DNA of 64,000 nt from Candidatus Levyibacteriota bacterium (GTDB lineage: Bacteria > Patescibacteriota > Microgenomatia > Levybacterales > UBA12049), in assembly GCA_041906785.1 (NCBI GenBank), contig JAYRIM010000023.1, positions 129,985 through 193,984 of the forward strand, given 5' to 3'. The position numbers were made by a program, and so were the translations under genes. Under the pieces are notes generated by a model. The model was not told the origin of the DNA. It made no database searches and saw nothing but the letters and a program-made list of their open reading frames with translations. Below, one piece after another: positions 1 through 8,102 of the stretch (positions are counted from its first letter, which is position 1; each line of letters begins with the position of its first letter).

Positions 1-660
1 GCCAAACATGACCCCGATTTTCTGGCGTAATTGGTTTGTAAAGATAACGACAGTTTTCGATTTCGAAATAACACCAGTGAGTTTACGTAACGCCTGAGAC
101 ATCAGACGCGCTTGAAGGCCGATCGCAGACTCTCCCATTTCCCCTTCTATTTCTGCACGTGGCACAAGCGCTGCTACAGAATCTATAACTAATACATCAA
201 TGCCTCCAGAACGGACGAGGCTTTCTGCGATTTCCAATGCCTGTTCTCCAGTGTCAGGTTGGGAGATAAGAAGCTCATCAAGTTTTACACCAATTCGTTC
301 TGCCCAAAGTGGATCGAGTGCATGTTCTGCATCGATAAACGCTGCTATACCACCATGCTTCTGCGCTTGAGCAATTGTCGAGAGACAGACTGTCGTTTTT
401 CCTGATGATTCAGGTCCGAAGATTTCGATAATTCTTCCACGTGGTAATCCTCCGACACCGAGTGCTAAATCAAGTGGAAGACAACCAGTAGAAATAACTG
501 AAATATCCAGTTTCTGTGCTGCTTCACCAAAACGCATGATAGATCCGCGACCGTACTGTTTTTCGATTTGGTCCATTGCCAAACGGATGGATTCAAGTTT
601 CGCGTTATGATCTGCATTTGGTTGGGGTGAAGCTTTCTGTGGCGCGGTATTTTTTGCCAT
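1..660 (-). CDS. recA: RecA recombinase; start codon at 660, 3' end runs off the window edge
   Basis: Manual minus-strand translation from the ATG at 660 gives [11 protein letters not shown]...GRGSIMRFG...[14 protein letters not shown] (Walker A)...FIDAEHALD...VIDSVAAL. Not in the ORF track because the window edge truncates it. Confidence 0.85.
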   Translation of the reverse strand, partial: MAKNTAPQKASPQPNADHNAKLESIRLAMDQIEKQYGRGSIMRFGEAAQKLDISVISTGCLPLDLALGVGGLPRGRIIEIFGPESSGKTTVCLSTIAQAQKHGGIAAFIDAEHALDPLWAERIGVKLDELLISQPDTGEQALEIAESLVRSGGIDVLVIDSVAALVPRAEIEGEMGESAIGLQARLMSQALRKLTGVISKSKTVVIFTNQLRQKIGVMFG

Positions 661-816
661 AAACTTCGTTCATATTACAAAAAAATATCAGAAAACACAA
701 TATGGCTTTTTCATACAAAAAGGATCATATAATATCAATCTTGTCTATCATGTAAACTATAAATAGATAATAATCTATTGGAAAAAATGTGCCTGCTTTT
801 GATACAATCGTTCCAC

Positions 817-887
817 CGGGATGTAGTATAGTGGTAGTACGCCGCGCTGGGGGTGCGGTAGTCCGCGTTCGATTCGCGGCATCCCGA
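817..887 (+). tRNA. tRNA-Pro, anticodon GGG, 71 nt, no encoded CCA
   Basis: A clean cloverleaf folds by hand. Acceptor cgggatg/catcccg (7 bp), D-arm gtat-agtggta-gtac, anticodon stem ccgcg/tgcgg with loop cTGGGgg, T-arm ccgcg-TTCGATT-cgcgg, discriminator A. The loop gives anticodon GGG; a GC-rich tRNA stands out in AT-rich DNA. Confidence 0.8.
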
Positions 888-1005
888 CTCTTCGACAAGC
901 TCAGAGTCTATCGACTCTCTAAAATTGCCAAATTATTATATATGCCACAAAAACTAACAGCTTGACGAAGAGAGCTGAGTTTATCGAAGCTCAATTTACT
1001 TTCTC

Positions 1006-1260
1006 ATGTACAAAGTTTATTTTTTAAAAAACTCTAAAGGTCATCTTTATGTAGGAACAACTCGTAATCTTGAAAAAAGACTTGAACGACACCACACTGG
1101 TGATGGTGCTGAATTTATAAAAAGAAATAAAGGGTTCAAATTAGTTTACTCTGAAACTTACAATACATTACTAGAAGCTCGAAGAAGAGAAAGACAAGTT
1201 AAGGGGTGGAGACGAGAGAAGAAAGAAAATTTAATAAAATTTGGAAAACCAATTCTATAA
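1006..1260 (+). CDS. small GIY-YIG family nuclease (YhbQ/UPF0213-like)
   Basis: 84 aa. It starts YKVYFLKNSKGHLYVGTTRNLEKRLERH with the GIY..YVG and R..E..H motifs and a K/R-rich tail. It lies just downstream of a tRNA. Confidence 0.75.
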   Translation: MYKVYFLKNSKGHLYVGTTRNLEKRLERHHTGDGAEFIKRNKGFKLVYSETYNTLLEARRRERQVKGWRREKKENLIKFGKPIL

Positions 1261-1282
1261 TTTTCATTGACTCGTTATCTCT

Positions 1283-1319
1283 AAACCGCGTACTATATAT
1301 ACATATATGCGGTTTTTTT
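1283..1319 (+). terminator. possible intrinsic terminator after the GIY-YIG gene
   Basis: aaaccgc ...(AT loop)... gcggttt stem followed by a T7 run. It overlaps the annotated start of the next ORF, so the call is uncertain. Confidence 0.3.
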
Positions 1320-2251
1320 ATGTGCCAGAAGTAAAACGATATGTTCTCATAGGAGCTATTATCGCTTTTATCGCCCCAATAATTTTACGATTTTTTATTT
1401 CGTCATGGAATTACCAGGAATTACTGCTGCATCATACGATTCGTCAAAAACTCGGATTTCCAAGTATGGAGTATGCAGGTCCAGCCAGTGTCATGATTAC
1501 GATGTTTTTTCAAATATTTTATGCTTGTGCAGGGGGCGCTTTGGGAATGCTTTATTTTAAAATACGATATAGACATGAAGGTTTTACACTGCTGACTACT
1601 CAAGCGCTTCGCACTGTAACAGGAGTATTTATCTGTACGTTTCTGTATTTTTTCCTCTATGCCGATATGTTCAATATGATCTATCCATATATCGACAACG
1701 CTGCGATTAGACCAATCGCAACATTAGCGAGTTTTGCGTTTCGTACGCCGAGATTTAATGATGATATGTTTCGCTTAGTTCCCTCAACTCCACCTGAATA
1801 TCGACAGCCAAACCCATATGTCCCGCCACCACAAACAAATCCTCCGTCCGTAGGCAATCCTCAACCGCAGCCAGAACCAGAACGCATGGCAACACCTGGT
1901 GAGATAGTTGCTGCGATTAATAACTATCGAGCAAAGAATGGTCGACCTGCACTAGGAGTTGATGATTTTTTGATGGGTTATGCTCAGGAACGATCGAATT
2001 ATTTCACTTCGATAGGTAAAATAGACAATCATGAACAGTTCTTTAAAGATATTCATGAAAGCAGGTTTAGTAGTTATTACTCTCTCGGAGAAAACTCAAG
2101 TTATACAGGCGCGATGTCAGCAGAAAGGTTAGTCGAAGAGGTATTTAAAAATAGTGCTGGCCATGATGAAAATCAGCTGAGTACCCAATGGACACACGTC
2201 GGAGTGGGAGTAAATGGGTATTATATAGATGTGGTGTACGGAAGAAAATAA
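1307..2251 (+). CDS. membrane-anchored CAP/SCP (YkwD-like) domain protein with a Pro-rich linker
   Basis: 314 aa with N-terminal hydrophobic helices and a P-rich linker (PPEYRQPNPYVPPPQTNPPSVGNPQPQPEPE). The C-terminal CAP domain reads GEIVAAINNYRAKNGRPAL...YSLGEN...AGHDENQLSTQWTHVGVG. The true start may be downstream. Confidence 0.6.
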   Translation: MRFFYVPEVKRYVLIGAIIAFIAPIILRFFISSWNYQELLLHHTIRQKLGFPSMEYAGPASVMITMFFQIFYACAGGALGMLYFKIRYRHEGFTLLTTQALRTVTGVFICTFLYFFLYADMFNMIYPYIDNAAIRPIATLASFAFRTPRFNDDMFRLVPSTPPEYRQPNPYVPPPQTNPPSVGNPQPQPEPERMATPGEIVAAINNYRAKNGRPALGVDDFLMGYAQERSNYFTSIGKIDNHEQFFKDIHESRFSSYYSLGENSSYTGAMSAERLVEEVFKNSAGHDENQLSTQWTHVGVGVNGYYIDVVYGRK

Positions 2252-2504
2252 TAAATTACAAGTTTCAAAGTTACAGAGATGCAAAGTCACAAAGTGTAAT
2301 GTCTCATCTTCAACTTTTTGATTTACGCAAGACAGAGGAACTCTGCGAATAATCATTTTTGCGAAAACAACCTATAAGAGCGCTTCACGAAATGAAAATT
2401 TAAACCAGAGCATTTCTGCTGGAAAAGTGGGTGTCGGCAACGCTGCCGACACCCTCGCGATATTCGATTGGAGCCGGGCAGAACTGCCCGGCCTGGCAGC
2501 TTTA

Positions 2505-2675
2505 TCAGCTGCCTGACTCGGACGAGCCGCCTTGGCCCTCGCCACCTTCGGTCTTCTCGCCCTTCTTGCGCCGCGTGCGCTTGGGCTTCGTCTCGGTCGC
2601 CTCTGGCCCGGGGGCAGCCTCTTCAGGCGTGCTTGCGGCTCGAGCCACGGGGGGCTCACCACCAGTCTGTGCCAT
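2505..2675 (-). CDS. 56-aa basic, disordered small ORF inside the GC-rich island (origin uncertain)
   Basis: Manual translation gives MAQTGGEPPVARAASTPEEAAPGPEATETKPKRTRRKKGEKTEGGEGQGGSSESGS*. An AAAGGAGA ribosome-binding site lies 6 nt upstream of the ATG. G is enriched at codon position 1 and GC3 is about 73%. It is below the 60-aa cut-off of the ORF track. Confidence 0.35.
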   Translation of the reverse strand: MAQTGGEPPVARAASTPEEAAPGPEATETKPKRTRRKKGEKTEGGEGQGGSSESGS

Positions 2676-2988
2676 CGGACTCTCCTTTCAATCTACACGG
2701 ACTTGGACGTAATGCCCAACTGCTACGGGGTAACCGCAGTAGGCCAAAAGGCCTACACCGCCTATCCCCGCTAGGCATTGTACAAGTTCGATGTATTCAA
2801 ACACATACAATACCCAGCGAAAGATAGGTATTTTCCTTATTCCATATAGAAAAATCTCTGTCTTGCGTTTTTAATGTACAAAGTTCATGTTTCCAAACAA
2901 GAGATACAATCTGTATCAAAGTCTCAGAAACACAAAGTTTTTTATATCACAAAAAAGCGTTGAAATCAACACTATGAGACTAAATTCC

Positions 2989-3276
2989 CTATTCAAGGGG
3001 TATTGTATCTATAAGAGGTAAATAGATACGGACTTCGTCCCAAAACTTCTCAGAAAGATTGGTAGCGAACTTCCCATATCCACTATTTTCAGATTTTGAA
3101 CAGAGTTCATTATCATATCGACGTATGATTCGAAGAATTTTTCTACCGTTTTCATTGAAATCATCTCTTACAGATTCATCACCCGAAGCAACTTTATCGT
3201 GTAATACTTTAAACTCAGTAAAAAAATCATGGTAATCATTTACCATTGTTGTAAAATGTTTTTTATATTTAGTCAT
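2989..3276 (-). CDS. hypothetical protein
   Basis: 95-aa ORF in typical AT-rich coding context; no recognisable domain. Confidence 0.45.
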   Translation of the reverse strand: MTKYKKHFTTMVNDYHDFFTEFKVLHDKVASGDESVRDDFNENGRKILRIIRRYDNELCSKSENSGYGKFATNLSEKFWDEVRIYLPLIDTIPLE

Positions 3277-3311
3277 AGAAGTGTTAGTATACCATACGGT
3301 TTGCAGAGATA

Positions 3312-3581
3312 GTGTACAATAAATATATGTTTAAACAACCATGGTTTCGTTTACATAAATGGAAAACTGGTTGGGTACCTATTACATGGCAGGGATGGAT
3401 ACTGACTCTCTTATTTATCGGTCTCATCATATACAACTTTTTCCGCATAGATGAAACTTCTCACTCAGTATCTGATACGTTAATTAACTTTATTCCGCAA
3501 ACAGTAGTATTCGCTGGATTATTTAGCGTTTTTTGCTATTTTAAATCGGAACGACCTTCTGGAGAAGAAATGTTAAAATAA
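3312..3581 (+). CDS. small hypothetical membrane protein
   Basis: 89 aa with two hydrophobic helices (ILTLLFIGLIIYNFF and VVFAGLFSVFCYF). Confidence 0.45.
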   Translation: MYNKYMFKQPWFRLHKWKTGWVPITWQGWILTLLFIGLIIYNFFRIDETSHSVSDTLINFIPQTVVFAGLFSVFCYFKSERPSGEEMLK

Positions 3582-3614
3582 AAGAGTCAAAGCTGCAAAG
3601 AGTCAGAGAGTCAA
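3582..3614. repeat. left arm of an imperfect 33-nt inverted repeat flanking the four-helix-bundle gene
   Basis: aagagtcaaagctgcaaagagtcagagagtcaa matches the reverse complement of 3983-4016 at the ends (agagtcaaag ... agagagtcaa). Confidence 0.6.
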
Positions 3615-3617
3615 TTT

Positions 3618-3986
3618 ATGATAGAAAATCATAAAGGATATCATAAACTTATTATTTGGCAAAAAGGTAAACAGTTTATGAAAGTTTTATATTTATTGAC
3701 AGAGAATTATCCTAAACATGAGATTTTCGGACTACAATCTCAAATTAGAAGAGCTGTTGTGTCGTTCCTTCTTAATATCGTTGAAGGTCATAAAAGAAAA
3801 TCTACGAAAGAATTCCTACAATTTCTCAATATTGCAGAGGCATCACTTGTAGAAGTTGAAGCATGTTTAGAGATATCATTCGAATTAAGTTATATAACTG
3901 AGAGGGAGTATAGTCAGCTTGAAGAACAAAGACGCGAACTCGCCAGAATTATGCGAAGTTTTGTTAAAAGTCTTAATAAGCGTTGA
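3618..3986 (+). CDS. four-helix-bundle protein (23S rRNA intervening-sequence protein family, TIGR02436/PF05635-like)
   Basis: 122 aa. The sequence LIIWQKGKQFMKVLYLLTENYPKHEIFGLQSQIRRAVVSFLLNIVEGHKRKSTKEFLQFLNIAEASLVEVEACLEIS fits the family pattern closely. Confidence 0.75.
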   Translation: MIENHKGYHKLIIWQKGKQFMKVLYLLTENYPKHEIFGLQSQIRRAVVSFLLNIVEGHKRKSTKEFLQFLNIAEASLVEVEACLEISFELSYITEREYSQLEEQRRELARIMRSFVKSLNKR

Positions 3987-4016
3987 CTCTCTGCTACTCT
4001 GACTCTTTGACTCTCT
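3983..4016. repeat. right arm of the inverted repeat flanking the four-helix-bundle gene
   Basis: ttgactctctgctactctgactctttgactctc; its reverse complement gagagtcaaagagtcagagtagcagagagtcaa pairs with 3582-3614. Confidence 0.6.
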
Positions 4017-4017
4017 T

Positions 4018-4677
4018 ATGTATATTGTTACATTCTTGATTGAATTATTAGTACTATTTCTTTTATCTAAGCAAGTTACACAACACATTTCTTCACTCCT
4101 ACACAAATTAACGAAAAATAGAAAAGTTACAGTCTATTTAATTGCTTTTTTCTTCCTACCAGGCACTTTTATTCATGAACTTGCTCATTTTCTCATGGCG
4201 AAAATACTTTTCGTTCCTGTAGGGTCATTTTCTCTCAAACCTGAAGCAATTGGTCATGATATTCGCCTAGGAAAAGTTATGATCGCAAAGACAGATTTTT
4301 TCAGACGTCTTCTTATCGGCGCTGCGCCTTTTATCTTAGGTGTCTACCTAATTCTTTTTATCGTTTCAATCATCCAACAAAATCAGCTGTGGAATAACAT
4401 GTATATACTTCTTATATGCGGCGCTCTTATTTTCCAAATCGGCAACACAATGTTTTCAAGTAAAAAAGATATGAAAGGTGCTATCGAACTTATCTGTATT
4501 GTTTTGTTTCTTCTACTTTTTCTCTATCTCATGGGATTCCGTATAGCTGTTACTGACCAAACAATGGACTTTCTAAACTCTATTTTCCAAAAAGCATCTA
4601 TTTTTCTTCTACCGCCCGTTATCATAGATATTTTTCTTCTTGGGCTTTTTAAGGTTTTAGTTAAACCGACAAATTAA
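4018..4677 (+). CDS. polytopic membrane protein with an HExxH motif (putative intramembrane zinc metalloprotease-like)
   Basis: 219 aa with at least 5 hydrophobic helices. HELAH lies within a predicted helix (PGTFIHELAHFLMAKILFVP). The family assignment is tentative. Confidence 0.5.
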   Translation: MYIVTFLIELLVLFLLSKQVTQHISSLLHKLTKNRKVTVYLIAFFFLPGTFIHELAHFLMAKILFVPVGSFSLKPEAIGHDIRLGKVMIAKTDFFRRLLIGAAPFILGVYLILFIVSIIQQNQLWNNMYILLICGALIFQIGNTMFSSKKDMKGAIELICIVLFLLLFLYLMGFRIAVTDQTMDFLNSIFQKASIFLLPPVIIDIFLLGLFKVLVKPTN

Positions 4678-4716
4678 TATCTGGAATTTCCTTTAAAACT
4701 CTACTATAATCACCAT

Positions 4717-5166
4717 ATGGCGAAAGCGAAACAAACAAATACTGTCAGACGTTTATACCGTTCAGATACTGATGTCATTATCGCAGGAGTGGCAGGAGGA
4801 CTTGGAGAATATTTCGAAATTGATCCAGTTATTATTCGACTTCTTTTTCTTTCTTCGATATTTTTCGGAGGCTTTGGTATTCCTGTGTATATTGTGCTTT
4901 GGATTCTCCTTCCAAAAAAGCATACAGGAACAGCAGCTTCAGAAGAGACTATTAAAGAAAACGTAGCAGAAATGAGGAATAAAGTAGAGTCATTCACAGA
5001 AAATATGCGAGTACCAGCAGTAGGTAAAAACCCTCGTAATCTGTTCGCTATTATTCTTATTCTTCTTGGGACAATACTGTTTTTAAGTAAACTAGGCATT
5101 ATTCATATGGATCTTCTCTGGCCTTTATTTCTCATTCTTGTTGGATTCTTCCTTTTCACTCGTTAA
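4717..5166 (+). CDS. PspC-domain membrane protein
   Basis: 149 aa. The N-terminus RRLYRSDTDVIIAGVAGGLGEYFEIDPVIIRLLF matches the PspC domain signature (LYRS..D..IaGVcgGLa.Y...D....R); transmembrane helices follow. Confidence 0.7.
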   Translation: MAKAKQTNTVRRLYRSDTDVIIAGVAGGLGEYFEIDPVIIRLLFLSSIFFGGFGIPVYIVLWILLPKKHTGTAASEETIKENVAEMRNKVESFTENMRVPAVGKNPRNLFAIILILLGTILFLSKLGIIHMDLLWPLFLILVGFFLFTR

Positions 5167-5198
5167 TTATCTATAAAAACATTTTCAGATAGATTATA

Positions 5199-5804
5199 AT
5201 GCGACGTATGCCAAAAAAAGTAGCCTATTGTACCCTTGATCCTGAATTCCCTGAAAAGGCATACATGATTTTTCTTTTTATTCTTCATAATGATCAGATA
5301 GTTGGAACACTCCCCCTAGATGCTATCTATGATGATACAGACCATGCTGCAGATGGAGTAAAACAAATTATCGAACAGTTGGAATCTTCACAAAAACCAG
5401 TAACTGTTCCTCATGAATGTATTCTTATACCAATAACGAAATATTCACTGTTTCCTTTAAAAAAGGAATACTGGAAAAAACCATCTATTTCATATAATGA
5501 ACAGACACGAATCATATCGTTTCGTCCGGTTTTGAATAATCCTTCATTATTCGCTCTTCTAGTTACTCCATATTCCTACGATGATACTGTTAAAAAATGG
5601 TATCTACATGCTGCTATGCCTTTAGCAAATGAGAAGGATGTAAAACCTGTAGAACGGTTTATGCAAGTTAGTGACTACGTGGTAGAACCCCGTGCGAAAT
5701 TTGCAGCAATTTATACCATAGGAGAAAAAATGAGGTTTAACTGGAATACGAAGGAGGTAAAAACTTTCGAGAGGCATCAAAAAGAATCTGAAGTCGACAA
5801 CTAA
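5199..5804 (+). CDS. hypothetical protein
   Basis: 201-aa ORF with no recognisable domain. Confidence 0.45.
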   Translation: MRRMPKKVAYCTLDPEFPEKAYMIFLFILHNDQIVGTLPLDAIYDDTDHAADGVKQIIEQLESSQKPVTVPHECILIPITKYSLFPLKKEYWKKPSISYNEQTRIISFRPVLNNPSLFALLVTPYSYDDTVKKWYLHAAMPLANEKDVKPVERFMQVSDYVVEPRAKFAAIYTIGEKMRFNWNTKEVKTFERHQKESEVDN

Positions 5805-5976
5805 TAATAATTTAGAGTTAAATTTAAGAAATTAAAAGTGTAAAGTTGAAAATTAAAAATAAAAGTGAAAAGATATAAAATTTTTGATTACTGTATACTA
5901 CAACTTTTGACTTTTGACTTTTCATTTCTAACTTTTGGATCTTGAATAAATTTATGCTAAAATTGAATGCGTTATT

Positions 5977-6432
5977 ATGAAAAAGACACTCATTGTTTGG
6001 GGAATAATCCTTCTTCTTTTTATCGAATTTATTCTTGTTATTTCCCCAGGAGATATGAAACTTACAGCAGCAAATCCTATGCCTACCCAAACAATAACGC
6101 TTCAGAAAGAAAGCGTAAAAATTGAAGATATAAAAGAAGGCACAGGTACTGCTGTAAAAATAGGCGATACTGCTGTCGTACACTACAGAGGAACGCTTCA
6201 GGATGGAAAAGAGTTTGACAGTTCATATAATCGTAATGAACCAATATCAGTAACACTTGGCACAGGACAAGTAATAAAAGGATGGGAAGAAGGAATACCA
6301 GGTATGAAAGTAGGAGGTAAACGGAAATTGACGATCCCGCCAAGCCTTGGCTATGGAGAACAAGGGTCACCACCAACTATTCCTCCAAACGCGACTCTTA
6401 TTTTTGAGGTTGAACTCGTCAGTATAAAATAG
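5977..6432 (+). CDS. FKBP-type peptidyl-prolyl cis-trans isomerase with a signal peptide/anchor
   Basis: [64 protein letters not shown]...[13 protein letters not shown] is a canonical FKBP domain. Confidence 0.85.
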   Translation: MKKTLIVWGIILLLFIEFILVISPGDMKLTAANPMPTQTITLQKESVKIEDIKEGTGTAVKIGDTAVVHYRGTLQDGKEFDSSYNRNEPISVTLGTGQVIKGWEEGIPGMKVGGKRKLTIPPSLGYGEQGSPPTIPPNATLIFEVELVSIK

Positions 6433-6433
6433 G

Positions 6434-7546
6434 TTAGGATTTGCTTCTTATCCGCTCTTCTTCTTGTTTTATTGCATAATCCACAACGAAAAGCATTGTA
6501 ATATTAAAAAATAACGTACTTAATGCATAAAATTGGAAACTATAAAAAAGGAAAAACTGAGTCAGGAGAATAAGAATTAATAGGGCAATTTTAAATATTT
6601 TAAAAGCATATAAACGGGAACGGCGAAGAAAAAGCAACCCATGAAGAATAGTTACTGCAGCTACAGAAGCGGTTACTAAAACACCCCATTTATCAAGCGA
6701 AAGCGTCAGATGTTCAGTTAAGCTGTACGAGACAAGTACTATGGAGATACTTGCTTGAACCAATAATAAACAAATTGCAATCCTCGTAAAGAATAATGAT
6801 TTCGTTATTTCAAAATACATTATTCGTATTTTTCTTCTAAACGTATAAAACAAGCTTGGATTCTTTGGATGGATTGCGTCAATATGAGAAAGTAAATCAT
6901 ATAACCACTTAGCAATAGGATCTTCCAGATCAGATTTCTTTACATATTCGAGCGCTAAACGTTCTTCTTCAGTATCTAAATCATTAATAACGGCTTCTTT
7001 CGTCATATCAAGCGCATTAATAAGATACTCTTTTTTTGAAAATGCTTTATATTGCGGAATCATGCGAAATAATAAAAATAGAAAAACGAAAATAATATAG
7101 ATTAGTGCGATAGTAGGCTGAAAAAAATAATTATTATCACTGGTAACAAACTTTCCAAGTTCATCGATAAACGCTCCGAATCCTATGCCTCCTAACGATG
7201 CAGAGATTTTTAAGATAGAACGGTTAAGAAACGTTAACTGAAACACTATAGCAGCAAGCATAAAAAAACCTCCCCAAAGCATATGAGCAATATGAAGACC
7301 ATTTCCACCTAATTCGGGATACCCGGTAATAAAGAGGAAAAAACGAATAACAAACAAAGAAGATACAGCAGAAATAAAAAAATTTTCAAGTAAATCGTCC
7401 GCTTCTATATTCCTAATAAAAATATTCGATGTCTTCATGTCTCTAGTATACCAAAGCATGAGTTGGTTAGTTCTGAAAAAATATGCTATTATTCGCCTAC
7501 TGTGAAGAAGCAAACAAATAAAAAAATACGTGAACAAGCAATACAC
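6434..7546 (-). CDS. polytopic membrane protein, unknown function
   Basis: 370 aa and strongly hydrophobic. The true start is probably an internal Met (near 7459 or 7438) to avoid overlapping the divergent gene at 7463. Confidence 0.5.
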   Translation of the reverse strand: MYCLFTYFFICLLLHSRRIIAYFFRTNQLMLWYTRDMKTSNIFIRNIEADDLLENFFISAVSSLFVIRFFLFITGYPELGGNGLHIAHMLWGGFFMLAAIVFQLTFLNRSILKISASLGGIGFGAFIDELGKFVTSDNNYFFQPTIALIYIIFVFLFLLFRMIPQYKAFSKKEYLINALDMTKEAVINDLDTEEERLALEYVKKSDLEDPIAKWLYDLLSHIDAIHPKNPSLFYTFRRKIRIMYFEITKSLFFTRIAICLLLVQASISIVLVSYSLTEHLTLSLDKWGVLVTASVAAVTILHGLLFLRRSRLYAFKIFKIALLILILLTQFFLFYSFQFYALSTLFFNITMLFVVDYAIKQEEERIRSKS

Positions 7547-8050
7547 ATCGCTGGCGAAATCTCAAACCTTATTACCCAGTATACCCACGACAGCGCTACT
7601 TCTAAGTTTTTTCTTACTGATGAAATAAGCGCGCATTTTTATATAGCAGCTGGAGGCTTTGCATCTGTTATTTATGATCCACAACTTGAAGCGGATACCG
7701 TAAGAAACACTCATGCTTTATCTTTTTTTCTCATCCTTATAACGTATGGATTTCAAATATACCTTCGTGAACGGTCATTAGAAACCAATAGTGCTCCGTA
7801 CACATTACCATCAGATAGTGAAAAAATCGAGCGAGTAAGTACACTCATTCTAGAACGAGCTGAAAATGCAGAACTTGTTTCTTCACCCCTTGCTGACGAA
7901 ATTATAGAGATAACCTTGGCACAAGTTCAAAAAACAATACATACAGACGACTTTATGATTGCAGAACATAAACTGGATGAAAAAAAGCTCTATGTCTATA
8001 TGACAATTTCTCTGTACTACGGCTACAATATCGCCTCGGAATTATTATAA
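7463..8050 (+). CDS. hypothetical protein, paralog A of the pair flanking the helicase
   Basis: 195 aa. It shares clear blocks with the ORF at 10061-10738: QYTHDSATSKF / EYTHDSFSSKF, and FFLILITYGFQIYLRERSLETNSAPY / FYFLIICGIQMYLKERSITKNHAPY. Confidence 0.55.
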   Translation: MVSSEKICYYSPTVKKQTNKKIREQAIHIAGEISNLITQYTHDSATSKFFLTDEISAHFYIAAGGFASVIYDPQLEADTVRNTHALSFFLILITYGFQIYLRERSLETNSAPYTLPSDSEKIERVSTLILERAENAELVSSPLADEIIEITLAQVQKTIHTDDFMIAEHKLDEKKLYVYMTISLYYGYNIASELL

Positions 8051-8102
8051 GAAAATCTCGTTTTTTAAAACGCTTAAGAATAATACGTTGTAATAGAAAT
8101 AG

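Noticed and set aside
2425-2780. The GC-rich island as an RNase P RNA or tmRNA (structured RNAs are GC islands in AT-rich genomes; the minus strand contains GAAAGGAGAGUCCG, resembling the GGAAAGUCCGG P4 region).
   Set aside because: No ACAGAA-NCCGGCUUA-like 3' P4 partner is present. There is no tRNA-like domain with a T-loop, and no ANDENYALAA-type tag reading frame. The match is limited to the Shine-Dalgarno-like stretch, so the RNA hypothesis is left to a covariance-model scan.
2372-2827. Four long tracked ORFs (2372-2662 minus, 2431-2712 plus, 2468-2827 plus, 2532-2774 plus) overlapping each other in the GC-rich island.
   Set aside because: The translations are Arg/Pro/Ala-rich with no ribosome-binding sites, and they are mutually exclusive. 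They are the expected stop-codon-poor artifacts of high-GC DNA. Only the untracked 56-aa minus-strand frame at 2505-2675 has an RBS and codon-position signal.
5824-6183. 119-aa minus-strand ORF overlapping the FKBP gene and its upstream region.
   Set aside because: The translation is low-complexity ([10 protein letters not shown]...) and antisense to a confidently identified FKBP gene; spurious.
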